DNA of 64,000 nucleotides, from contig NW_024704753.1 in assembly GCF_018977255.1 (NCBI RefSeq), positions 4,960,001-5,024,000 of the forward strand. Direction: 5' to 3'. Under the pieces are notes generated by a model. That model saw only the letters and a program-made list of their open reading frames with translations. It did not search any database and was not told where the DNA came from. Positions 40,321-52,441 of the stretch are shown here, one piece after another (position 1 is the stretch's first letter; the number at the start of each line of letters is the position of its first letter). Both the position numbers and the translations under genes were made by a program. The stretch is from Callorhinchus milii (Eukaryota).

Positions 40321-42114
40321 CGTCTGTGTTCAGCTTGCTTCTCGTTTTATTTCTCTCTCTCTCATCAGAACTGTAACAATGTCATCCCCGAAAAGTAATG
40401 CAGAGTATTTAATGTACATATATTCTGCCCATAAAAGAAACATATATTTTGTTTATTAAAAAAGAAACCCCGAAAGGTAATGCACGCAGCAAAACGATCA
40501 AGTTCGTCAGCTGTTTGGTGTTTAAGGTCGATTTGCATTGCAGCTTTCTCTCACAGTACACTTGACCGTTCCTGCAATTACTAAGATTCCTGTGTGTGTG
40601 TGTGTGTGTGTGGAGGGGGGGGGGTTGTGGGTGTGTGTTTGCAACGGCTGGTTGAAGCTATATCTTGCTAAATGCCAATGTGTTTAGGAGGAAGGGGGGA
40701 AAGGAAGGGAGACACAGAAATCCTTTGGTTTAAGCTGTCAATACTCACATTTTATGGGTATTGCTGATTTATAAGTGTCTAAAAGCTACTGGCGAAGCGA
40801 TGGAGTGGCATTTAGAATAACTCAGCTGAATGCATGCCCTTTGTAAAGGTCACTAGTAACCTTCAGAATGAAAAGAGCTGATTTCTTGGGTTCCTCAAAA
40901 TGGTTTAAGTATTGTAATTACAGTAGTTTTAAACTGCTTTGCTTTATAGCATGTTTTTTATATAAAAAAAGACCATTATTGCCTTAATTGTACCCTGTTC
41001 ACTTCATCTTTTTTTTCTCAAAAGAAAAAAAGCTTCAGCAAATTATTTTTACGTTTTTAAATGCAACTCCTTCTAATGCTAGGGAGAACAAAAGTGTTTG
41101 AATTTATGTGTGTGTGTGTGTGTGGGAGAGGCTGTCTGTACACAAAGGGAGTGTTTATTTAAAGGTATCAGAAGTAAACTATTTTCGTAAGGATATCATT
41201 TCTTCTTTTTAAACGTTGTCATATCAAAAGCTTGTTTGGGAACTTGTTTGATTTGTTACCATTTGCATCTATTGCTTACAAAACAAATTGGACTAAGGCA
41301 AAAACATTATCCATGAGGAGTGTGCGTCAATCAATGTTTGTTTCAATCCATCCTAAACTAGTGTGTGCCTTTTTTATTAAAAAAAGTATAGTTTCACACA
41401 GAAGTTGTTGCACAATCAACATGTAAAATTGATAATCTGATATGATTTTTGAATATATGAATGACAATGTGTATTTACGTTAGTTAGCAACGGGAAGACA
41501 GTTCTCCTTAGTACAATAGCTGACACCTGATTTTATAAACTTGGCTGGGGTAAAGAGAACCATAGATTGTTGTAACGTAACCTAGTGCAAGTTAAGTCAT
41601 GATAGCTGATAGTCATTGTGAAGTTTATTATTACTGAATACATGAGAACATTCTGGGAAAATAGTTTATTTAAAAGTATCTTATGGACTGCAGAGACAGC
41701 ATATTTTGTAGCCTGTGACCCACTGAACTGGATTTAGATAAGATAACATGCATTTAAAATGTTTTTATTGAAATGCTTCTCATTGTCCTTAAATCTACTC
41801 GGAAATTCGAGATCCATGATACACTCATAAATTATCGAATTCTCTAAACAAAATTTTTGGGGCCCTTTGGTGTATAGTCATAAATGTTTAATAATCCTAA
41901 ACTCCTTAAGCACTTTATCTGGTTGACATTGTTTGTTTTATGAATGTGGTGACATTTCACAGAAATATCATTGAATTTTATCTTCTTTTATCTTCCCTTG
42001 CGAGGTACTTAACCAAAGTGTTGTGGATTCTTCTCATTGTGCTGACTGAGCAAATCGAAGTGCAGAGGCTTAGATTCACATTTCCTCTCTTTTCCTCCCC
42101 TTCCCCCATCTCCC

Positions 42115-42139
42115 NNNNNNNNNNNNNNNNNNNNNNNNN
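42115..42139. other. Assembly gap (25 N)
   Basis: Run of N; single Ns also at 25158, 28459 and 37524. Confidence 0.99.
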
Positions 42140-42469
42140 TAAGATGATTTAAAAGAGAGGTTTGAAGGGCAGGGAGTGGGTGGGTGTTTGGTGGCGTTGC
42201 ACTTACTCTGACACATTGATCCAACGCAGACTGAAGCAACAGCAGTGTGTGGTGGAGGAGGAGGAGGAGGAGAGGGAGGGAGGGAGGGAGGAAGGGCTTT
42301 TATTATCCATTTAAAAAAATAAAAGGGGAAAAAAAAGCTCTCGAGGTACCGCCTTCTTTTTTTTAAAAAAAAAGGCGAGTTTGGCGAAGAAGCCAAAGGA
42401 CGTGTGTCTGAGAGTAAGTCAGGAGCTGCAGTGAGGCTGGAGTTTGTGTCGCTTTGGGAGGTAGTCACC

Positions 42470-42970
42470 CCCTCTCTCTCTCTCTCTCTCCCCTCAGCAA
42501 TACTCTCCCTCTCTCTCCCCTCAGCAATACTCTCCCTCTCTCTCTCTCTCTCCTCAGCAATACTCTCCCTCCTCTCCTCCTCTCTCTCTCTCTCCTCAGC
42601 AATACTCTCCTCTCTCTCTCTCTCCTCAGCAATACTCTCCTCTCTCTCTCTCCCCTCAGCAATACTCTCCCTCTCTCTCTCTCCCCTCAGCAATACTCTC
42701 CCTCTCTCTCTCCCCTCAGCAATACTCTCCCTCTCTCCCCCTCTCTCCCCCTCTCTCTCCCCTCAGCAATACTCTCCCTCTCTCCCCCTCCCCTCAGCAA
42801 TACTCTCCCTCTCTCTCTCCCCTCAGCAATACTCTCCCTCTCCCCCTCTCTCCCTCCTCTCCCTCAGCAATACTCCTCCCCCCCCCACTCCCCCCCTCTC
42901 TCTCCCATCCTCACCCAGAGCTCCAGCAGCAGTGTGTGTGTGTGTGTTGTGTCTCTCTCTCTCTCTCTCT
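42470..42970. repeat. Minisatellite CTCAGCAATACTCTCC+(CT)n, followed by (GT)n and (CT)n, upstream of exon 6
   Basis: About a dozen copies of a constant core with variable CT spacers. Confidence 0.93.
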
Positions 42971-42997
42971 CATGGAGTTTCTCTGTCGCCTCCACAG

Positions 42998-43054
42998 GGC
43001 GACATTGAAGTGAGCAGCGAGACGGTGTTCGAGTTGGGCGCCTACATACTGCAG
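42998..43054 (+). CDS. FRMD4B: FRMD4B exon 6 (GDIEVSSETVFELGAYILQ)
   Basis: tccacAG acceptor, GTTGGT donor, 57 nt, phase 0/0; FERM-M segment; seen at the end of ORF 42404..43072. Confidence 0.94.
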
Positions 43055-43326
43055 GTTGGTCTTCGCATTTGATAGCAAGTCCTGTCCTGTGTGTGTACTA
43101 TATATATATATATGTGTGTGTGTTTATAATGTAATATAATATAGTGTTGTGTTTTGCTAATCTCCGCTGCAATGTGCAAAACCACCCGCTTTTGTTTGAA
43201 ACCAACCGAAGGAGATGAAACTTTCTCCTCTTGTTGCTGCGGTTTTCTTTTTGCTCGAATCCCCTCTCTCTCTCTCTCTCTCGTTCGCTGTCTTGACAGA
43301 GATGGCTATTTTTTTTTGCCTGCACT

Positions 43327-44390
43327 CCCCCCCACACACTCCCCCACACACTCCCCTTCTCTCCCCCACACACACTCCCCCTCCTCTCCCCCCCCACACA
43401 CTCCCCTCCTCTCTCTGTCCCCCCCCCACACACTCCCCTCCTCTCTCTGTCACCCCCCCACACACTCCCCTCTCTCCCCCCCACACACTCCCCTTCTCTC
43501 CTCTCCCCCCCACACACTCCCCTTCTCTCTCTCCCCCCACACACTCCCCTTCTCTCCTCCCCACACACTCCCCTTCTCTCCTCTCCCCCCCCACACACAC
43601 ACTCCCCTTCTCTCCTCCCCCACACTCCCCTCCTCTCCCCCCCCACACACTCCCCTTCTCTCCTCCCCACACACACTCCCCTTCTCTCCTCTCCCCCCCC
43701 CCACACACTCCCCTTCTCTCCTCTCCTCCCCCCCCACACACACTCCCCTTCTCTCCCCCCCCACACACTCCCTTCTCTCCTCTCCCCCCCCACACACTCC
43801 CTTCTCTCCTCTCCCCCCCACACACTCCCCTTCTCTCCCCCCCCACACACTCCCCTTCTCTCCCCCCCACACACTCCCCTTCTCTCCTCCCCACACACAC
43901 TCCCTTCTCCTCTCCCCCCCACACACTCCCCTTCTCTCCTCCCCCCCACACACTCCCTTCTCTCCCCCCACACACTCCCCTTCTCTCCTCTCCTCCCCTC
44001 CCACACACACTCCCTTCTCTCCTCTCCCCCCCCACACACTCCCCTTCTCTCCTCCCCCCCCACACACTCCCTTCTCTCCTCTCCCCCCCCACACACTCCC
44101 CTTCTCTCCTCCCCCCCACACACTCCCCTCCTCTCCCCCCCCCACACACTCCCCTTCTCTCCTCCCCCACACACACTCCCCCTCTCTCTCTCCCCCCACA
44201 CACTCCCCTTCCTCTCTCCCCCCCACACACTCCCCTTCTCTCCTCCCCCCACACACTCCCCTCCTCTCCTCCCCCCCACCACACACTCCCCTCCTCTCCC
44301 CCCCCCACACACTCCCCTCCTCTCCTCTCCCCCCCACACACTGCCCTTCTCTCCCCCCCACACACACTCCCCTTCTCTCTCCCCTCTCAC
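43327..44390. repeat. About 1 kb pyrimidine-rich minisatellite CACACACTCCCCTTCTCTCCT(C)n
   Basis: Tandem array, almost G-free on the + strand. Confidence 0.95.
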
Positions 44391-45154
44391 ACTTCTCTTC
44401 TCTCTGGTGGTAAATATAGGACATTTGTCTCTGTGCTTTTACAGATTGGTAGCCACATGAATGCACATGTTTCTATTCTTTTTGCTCTGCTATTAAGAGT
44501 TAGTGAGCTGTATGCATGCATGGTGGAAGAGAAAAGGTTTGGTGGGGGACTATACAAGAAAATCAGCTTGCAAAGCCGTCAATGTCTGTATATCAGCAGT
44601 GAGCAATAGTGGATTGAGCAGCTGACCATTTAGCAGTGAAATGTTATGTGATGTGATGAAACCTAAACCAGGATAGGGATGCAAATAAGCAATTTTTTTT
44701 CCCCCTCTTAAATGCTGACACACTTTACTTTTATTAAGATGTCATAAGTCCCGGGGTAAAAGCACATCATAGGATCATCGTTGTGTTGTCTGTGTGCGAT
44801 GTGACAGCACATCTTCCAGGTAATGCTGCTGCTAGTGTGAATTACTGCAGTGACGTGTGTTCATCCATTTTATAATGAGCCTTTTGTGTTGGTTCAGTGC
44901 CCAAGAGGATGTTGTCTCGAGAGGAAAACTGTAATACACCAGTGATTAGTTTCCTACATTTCAACCAAATATTGCACATTTACTACAAGAAATTCAGTGC
45001 AATACAATTTACATTTATACAGTACTTTTCCCATCAGGAGGAGTCCCAAAGCACAAATATCTATATTTATATGAGAAAGGATGAATGAATATGAACACTT
45101 ATCTCTGAATTAGTTGGTTTAGGAAACCCCAAAGTTTGAGAGACTCCTCACCTC

Positions 45155-45443
45155 GGGCAAGTTTCCTTTCTCCACACACCTAATAATAAACCCTCCAAAA
45201 TAAAACAATAATAAATTGGTCATTTTCAATCCACGACTATTTGTGGGACATTGCTGTGCGCAATTGGCTGCCGCGTTCGCCCACAAATATACAGTTAATT
45301 CACTTTACAGTGGAGCGCTTTGGGACGTCCTCCCGACGTGAAAAGCACTATATCAAATGCAAGGATTATTATTATTCTGTGAAGCACTTTGACATGTCGA
45401 GAAGATGTGAAAAGCGCTATATCAAATGCAAGGATTATTATTA
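45155..45443 (+). mobile_element. Headless SINE with two tandem 3' tails
   Basis: Tail ...GCAAGGATTATT occurs twice (ending about 45375 and 45443). Confidence 0.85.
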
Positions 45444-48400
45444 CATATTCTAAATAATCTGACAGTTTATCACATAGAATTGTACAAAATATACACTGCC
45501 AAAACAGCCCATTTGGCCCAACTAGTTTGTCCAGTGTTAATACTCTAATGAGCCCTCATACATTCAAATCACCTACTTTCCTATCTTCCCTCTCGTCTTT
45601 TCTACTTCATTCTATAATACATTTTCCAACAATATAGTAACAATGATACAGTCAATATTTGGCAACTATATCTGGAAATGGATCACGTGATGTCGTCAAC
45701 AATAGCAACGTATTAATGCAATTTGTAGTTATTGTGTTTCACACAGGAATGTTACGAACAAGTGCTTAAAAATAACTTCTACTGTAGTAGTACATTGCAT
45801 GGTTTACAATCGGTGATTTGGAAGCTGGGGAGGAGAAGAAAGAGCTCATTCTTAGTAGAGCATTCACAACATCAATGAATTCTGCCCTCGTTCAGTTAGT
45901 TGCAGCACAATCTAAATGGGTCGGACAGCATGTGGTGTAAAGACAACATTGATGCTGTTTGTAAATAGGTAAAGCTTGCGAGAAATTCTTTTTGAACACT
46001 GTTGGGCCATTTTAAAGCAAAGGTTTAGGTTTCTGTGTCAGTGCTGACCCCCTGGGATACTGTGTATGCAACGGGGATTTGCACTTTATCTCAGTTTGCA
46101 GGAAGCCCCCGTTGGTAGAGGTAGTTAGTTCCACATGTTCATCAAACGTTTGGTGACTGCTGAGCCAAGTATGATCATATTGGACAACTTATCACTGTTC
46201 TATTCAAAGTAGTTTGTTGCAGTTACTTCTAAGCTTGTATTTTTTTTAAAAAAGTGAAACCTATTCCTCAAGGATAGAGTTTTAAGAGATCTTTCCTGGA
46301 AACGTGCGATTACCGTGGGATTATGCAACGTCTAATTTGTATTTCTAGAGCACTGACCAGATCATTCAAACAGCAATGACATTAACTTTATAGAGCATGA
46401 TCACTTCTTTCTAAAAGTGGATTCATAGTTCATGGGTGTAGCAAAGCTGGAACTTTTTTTAAAAAGCAAAATGACAGACAGTACTGTACATGCAACGTGG
46501 TCACCTCGAGGTGGGAGAGTTTGAATGCAGCCAGAAAAAACAGAAATTGGTCAGAACATGAGCTTCAAGGAATGTTTCCATAAAGATCTAAGAGAATAAA
46601 CAAAGTCTTGTGCGTTGACAATTAAAAGTGACAGGCACATTTTTGAACATGTGAATGATAGTTAAAAATACCTTTTTGTCTTCTTTTAGACAGAAAGCAG
46701 CACTTAACTTTGGCATGAAATGTTTTAAATGCCATCCCACCCTCTCTCACTCTCTCTCTCTCTCTCTCAATGTTCAATGGGAAGTTCACATTGTGAACAT
46801 TGAACCACATAGCCCTAAAAGATCCCTGATTTAATACGTGGTCTGCAAAGTTTGTCTGTGGTCTCTGTGTTCTTGGATTGTGTGGGGGGGGGGGGGGGGG
46901 AGTGGAGAAAGAAATCAGTCAGGTTATAGCTCCTGTTCATATTCCAGTCATCTCTGCTGGCAATGCATGTGTTGCAGTTGTTGAGTGAGGACAGGGTCAG
47001 GCTCAGTTGTAATGACCTCCATGTCAAATAGTAATTTGATACCATGTCCAGGCTTGTATATGAAGAATGCCATTTGGGAGAGGTGCTGGAGAGCTGCTGT
47101 TGCCCATGGAACCGAACACCAGAGTGAATTGCTGAGAGTGGAAAGTGCAAGAAATAAGGAAGTCTCAAACCGATACAGTAGGGCTAGTTTTAGGCGTGTC
47201 TCTGTTTGTTCAGCTTGTGCAAGTTGTACCCAAATGATTTGTGTCCAGTTTTGAGTCAGCCTTAACAACAATAAGTTCCTTTAACGGGGCAGTGAATCAC
47301 TTAGTCATTATCATCTTGGGTATAGGTCCCGTGTCCAGTTAAAAGAAAAGTTCCTTTGGAAGTGGAAGTGCAGCAGAAGGGGTAATAGTTGCTAAGAGCC
47401 AGAATAGTTTCAATACGAAGTACTGTATATCAAGTTATTATTGTACTCTTTCTCCCACCCCCATGTAGTTTTGGAAGGCGAGTGGAGATTGTCAACTCAC
47501 TCACCATCAATTTATATAGAACTTTGCTTACGATTTTGCGAGGTGAGAAGTTGGGGGAAGTTTGTTTCCTCCTCTTGCGTGTTCTTGTTAACAAAAAGAT
47601 TCTGCCTATGAGCTTTCTCCTTGGCTTCAAAGAGCTGGTGTGTGGTATGAATGCCACATTTTCCCTCTTATAGATGAAATGACCCAGAGAAACCTTTGCC
47701 ATGTGCAACTATTTAGCAGTCAAATGAACACCACATGGTATAAAACCTGCTGAGCTGACACCTTTCCACACTTGGAGATCACTATGACGCAGAAGCACGC
47801 AGAGTTGGAAGACAGTGGGGAAATACCAGCGATAGAACTAGCAAGTGGCTGTGGAAGCCTTTTGCACTTATTTGGGCTGAGTTTAAAAACGGCAAAGCAA
47901 TTTTCGAAATCGCATGAGCAGCTGGGAAGATCTATTTTAAAAAAATGTGATTGTATAGAAAGGTGATGAGCATATCCTTAGGAATGTGTGGGAGATCTGT
48001 ATTTCTTTGCCCTCACCCTATCACAGTTTCATTGACAGCGTCAGCGTGTTTCTTGCCAAACCAGATTCAAAGCAACTTTGCTAACTATAATTCACCAGAG
48101 CATTCCCCAATAGTTGCATAATTCTTTCAAGCTCTCGGACTGCTACAGCGATTGTGATTTCAGAGTACAGTGGAATCTCGGTGTATGCGTTTGTTTGATA
48201 TCCATAAATTCAGAGCCTCAATAGTGAGGCATGCACACAGCTGGCCAGTTCGCTTCCTGCTCGCCAATTGGTTCCCATTGCAGAAAAAAAAAAGAAAAAC
48301 TATCTGACTTTCAGGTCGCTCCCAACATCCTTTCCTGTTTGTTGCACAAAGCAAGAAGTAACTCAGGAGGTGACTTTTTTTTAACAATAATAATCCTTGC

Positions 48401-50414
48401 ATTTGATATGGGGCCTTGTCGCGTCATTGAGATGTTTCAAAGCGTTTCAGGAAATATACTGTAAAGTGAATTGATTGTATACTTTGCGGGCAAAAACTGG
48501 AAGTCGGGCATTTTAGCGCGGAAATGAGCTGGCCATCTGTGCCCATGCGCAATGAATGGGTCCACGCTAGAACAATATTGAAGCCATATGTGTACTATAA
48601 AGAAGTGTGTTATAATGGGCCTGTACTGTACTTGATCATAAACACAAGCTTTTTTTTAACATTCCTTTCACTTCAAGACACGGTTGGAGCTTGTATATGA
48701 CGGGAAGGTCAATTTATTCATCCTATATATCATGTGATATTTCATAACGTCAAATTCAGTTCAAATAATTTGACATGGTTACTAAGTCATACTTAAAGCT
48801 GAAATGCCTTGCCCTTTACCTCTTTGCTAATGGCTACTTGTTCATATCTTCCAAGTCATACTGGTCCAATCCCAACTTATACTTTTTAACTGGCATTACA
48901 AATAATATTCAGGTGATCTACAGAGAAATATCGGTCTGATATTTGGCAATGTAAATGCAGTTTTTGCATTGTTTAAAAATGCTCTCCAGCCATAGGTGAA
49001 AGCAGAGTGACTGTATTCATGTTCGAACTTATCAAAGAATCATAAGAGTGTGTAGTTTATATGGAAACCAGGCACCATGAAACCATAAGTATTTCACTAA
49101 ATATTTTGACAATATTGGGAACTCCCTGAGGTCTTTATGCTGGTTTCTGTTTTCTCCAAAAGGGTTAAGCTTTCACTGCCTTTAACAATAAACCAATTAC
49201 TAATGGAGAGTACCTCTCTGAACAGTGAACTCGGCTGTCAGTTATCACTTATTTTGGGATTAAAAATGTAACTCATTTTGGATGCATCTTGCTCTGAAAA
49301 TTTACCCTGCACTATATGTCTTGACAGGATATGTGATCATAAATCTCACATCTAGCCTCTTCCTCATGTTATCAAGCTACTTTCAAACTGAAACGAAAGA
49401 CTTTTATTTGCTACAATGCATATTGACTTGGTATCAGTTGTGATATTGAGTTCTCTCACAACTGATCAGATAGAATAGCTTTACAATTACAATATAAAAT
49501 GACATTTGTATAGCGACTTTCACATCGTGAGGGCATCCCAAGACACTGGACAGTCAGGGATTTGGACCAAAGATACAGAGTTCCAGAGAGGCTGAAGGCC
49601 CACCCGCCAATGGTGGGCGTTCAATGAGTCCTCTAGGATTAGTTTATAAAAATAGAGGATCATTTTATTATTTCAATTTTTAAAAAATACATTAGGCTTT
49701 TAAAATGGAACAAAACATTCATGGTGTTATTGACCCAGAAAGCATCATAGCTTTTCTTGTCTGCCTGTATTTATTGTATTATTCTTCCTGTATTAGAAAA
49801 TAAGGAATTGATTAACCATTTATCTTTTCTTTTTAAATGTCCACTGAAATTATTCTCATCTCAAATAATTCAGCAAATTGCTGGAAAAATTGCACTAAAC
49901 TACATTTAAACAGATCAGCAAAAGCTTTGTTCGTAGATACAGACATGATTTTCATGGTTGACATGGTGTTTGAAAATTACAAATAAACTTTGGTGACATT
50001 TTGAAGCCTTCATTTCCTGGCTGCACAAAAGCCAGATGAGTGAAATTGAGCATTATTATTTGTATTGTTACATACTTCTTTTAATTCCTCCAAGAGAAAC
50101 TTGTGGGTTCTTCTCTCTCCTTCCGCATGCCAACCTCCTACCCTCCCCGTCTAAATTGCAAGAGAAAAGCTGAAAATTATGAAGCTTATCTCACTTCAAA
50201 ACTGAAGTTGCTCTTCTGCTCAGTTTTCATCCAATTTTAATTAAATCTGTACCTGCTTGGATGCACAAGAAGATCTACAAATTAACCTGTCATAACACCC
50301 AAAGCCTTGGTGTGTATGTGTGTTCTCGATACTGCAAAACCTGTGCAAGGAGCTCTATAACTTCTAGTTCACTGGCACCTGCAGAACATTAATGTATGTT
50401 TATGTACTTTCCAG

Positions 50415-50498
50415 TGACGAAAGTGCAAGAGATGATCTAAAGAAACTCCCAGCTCTTCCTACACAAACATTGCAGGAACACCCATCACTTGCATATTG
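50415..50498 (+). CDS. FRMD4B: FRMD4B exon 8 (DESARDDLKKLPALPTQTLQEHPSLAYC)
   Basis: tttccAG acceptor, GTAAGT donor, 84 nt, phase 2/2. Confidence 0.96.
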
Positions 50499-51469
50499 GT
50501 AAGTAACTCGGTCATAAAATCAGGTCGCCTCTGATCAAGTCACTTCTTGTGTACTGCACATGTGCAGAGGTGGTGGTGGACTAATGACCCAGAGGGCTGC
50601 CATTTTTAACACAGGATAAAAATGTGTAAACAAGGCAAGGTAGCCCAAATTTTTACAAAATTTACTTGAAGCTTCGCCAGTAAAATATTGAAAAATCAAG
50701 GTTTAAAAGAAAATCTTCTGTAATATACCCACTACATATATACTTGTCTCCGTGCCCATTTTGTGGATTAGGACAAAATGTATGTGGCACTAAATTAATA
50801 TATTGTGTGAATCACGTTTATATTTTTAAGCACACTACCTCCTCTGATGGCAGTGGTGGTAATAGCTCATCAGTTTGGTGAACAGGTTCAAGTAGAAATT
50901 CACAATATTGAGGCAACAGTGGGAACTAGAGGAACTAATTATTTCAGTGCAGTCAGGGATATCCAGGATCACCAAACTGAGCTGTGTTGAAAATGTGGCT
51001 GAGATTATGTTGGCTATTCTTTTAGGTTTTCCAATAGGATTTATCTGTAATGTGTACCTCCAAATAATTGCCTCTTGTCATTGCAGGGATCTAGATGCCT
51101 GCTTAAAATGGTTTCCTACACACCAAATATCCTGCTTTTGGATTAATTATTGAATACAAACAGTATCCTCTGTGTACTTGGTTAATCAGCAGTAAAGGGG
51201 GGTGGGGGGGAAGAGTTTTGTTTGGGAATAGTGGATGCAAATGGCAGATGAACACAGTTAAATTAAAGTGACATTGGGCTAGACAGAATTTTCTGCATGG
51301 CTGCGCAGAGCAACTGCTTTGCTTATCAGGCAGAGCAGATGAATTGCTTTCATTAAATTAACGGGAATTGTACAGATCGCACATGGTGAGTGCCTCTGTG
51401 GCAAAGAGTACTGTATTGATGTAAACTCTCCTGACGGTCTGGACTAAAATAATGCTTTCAACGTTGCAG

Positions 51470-51535
51470 TGAAGATCGAGTGATTGACCATTACAAAAAG
51501 CTGAAAGGTCTCACCAGAGGGCAAGCCATTGTCAA
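51470..51535 (+). CDS. FRMD4B: FRMD4B exon 9 (EDRVIDHYKKLKGLTRGQAIVN)
   Basis: ttgcAG acceptor, GTGAGT donor, 66 nt, phase 2/2. Confidence 0.95.
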
Positions 51536-52383
51536 GTGAGTATTATTTATTTTTCAGCTTAAAGGTTCTGCCCAATGCTGTACAATATGTATTGGGTAAC
51601 AATCGACTGGTTGAATAAATATTTCTACAAGTGAGTTAGCAGACTTGATAAGCATGAACAAAAGTGATTGCTCAAGGCTGGAAATTGACAAATTATGATG
51701 CACCACATTTTTTAGATTATAATTCTACATGAGGAGTTGACATACTAATTAGGCATTTTGTAGGAGCTGCCAAACAGAGCCCAATGGTTTCCTGAATGGG
51801 GGAGGGGATGTGAGGGGGAGGAAGGGGAAAGAAGGAGGGAATCTAGGAACAGGAGAAGGCCATTCAGCCCCTCGAGCCTGTATTCTATAAGATCGTGGCT
51901 GATATGTACCTCAACTCCAGTTATCCAATATCCCTTGTTCTCCTAAAAATGCTTCCACAAAGCAACAACAACTTGCATTTATATAGTTGGATAGCGATTA
52001 AGAGCAGTTAAAACAGTGGTTCCAGACCAACATTGGCAAAGACCTGAGTCAAGCTTCTGAATCTCTTAAAGCTTGTATTGTTATGATTTTGGAAATAGTC
52101 ATTACATTTTCTGTGGGAAAGTTATATTAATAATGGCACCACAAATCTATATTTACTTAACCCAGGGTGGATTAAGTGGATGCCCCAGATGTACCATGTG
52201 AATGTCAAATTCTCTGGATAAACCAATAATATACAGGGACATTTTTCTGATCATCCCTTTTTCAATATATGTTAAGTTGCACAGTAGTAAAGAATAAAAT
52301 TGTTTTACCAGTTTTAATTTGTCGCGTATGTATAAAGCAAAGAGTCTGAAGGTTATCTAACACTGATTATCTTTCCTTTGCAG

Positions 52384-52441
52384 TTATATGACTATTGTGG
52401 AAGCACTTCCTACCTATGGTGTTCATTACTATGGTGTAAAG
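52384..52441 (+). CDS. FRMD4B: FRMD4B exon 10 (YMTIVEALPTYGVHYYGVK)
   Basis: ctttgcAG acceptor, GTTAGT donor, 58 nt, phase 2/0; FERM signature LPTYGVHYY. Confidence 0.96.

Noticed and set aside
42470-42900. CRISPR-like appearance (constant core with variable spacers)
   Set aside because: Spacers are only CT runs, the context is a vertebrate intron, and there are no cas genes; it is a minisatellite.
39773-43054. Programmed exon scrambling or trans-splicing as an established mechanism
   Set aside because: Not supportable from this sequence: an N gap and repeat arrays at the junctions make misassembly far more parsimonious. Kept only as a testable anomaly.
43098-44609. Five overlapping ORFs of 338-464 aa (Pro/His/Thr-rich or Gly/Glu/Arg-rich)
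   Set aside because: Artefacts of a stop-free minisatellite; open in nearly all frames on both strands, with no domain content.
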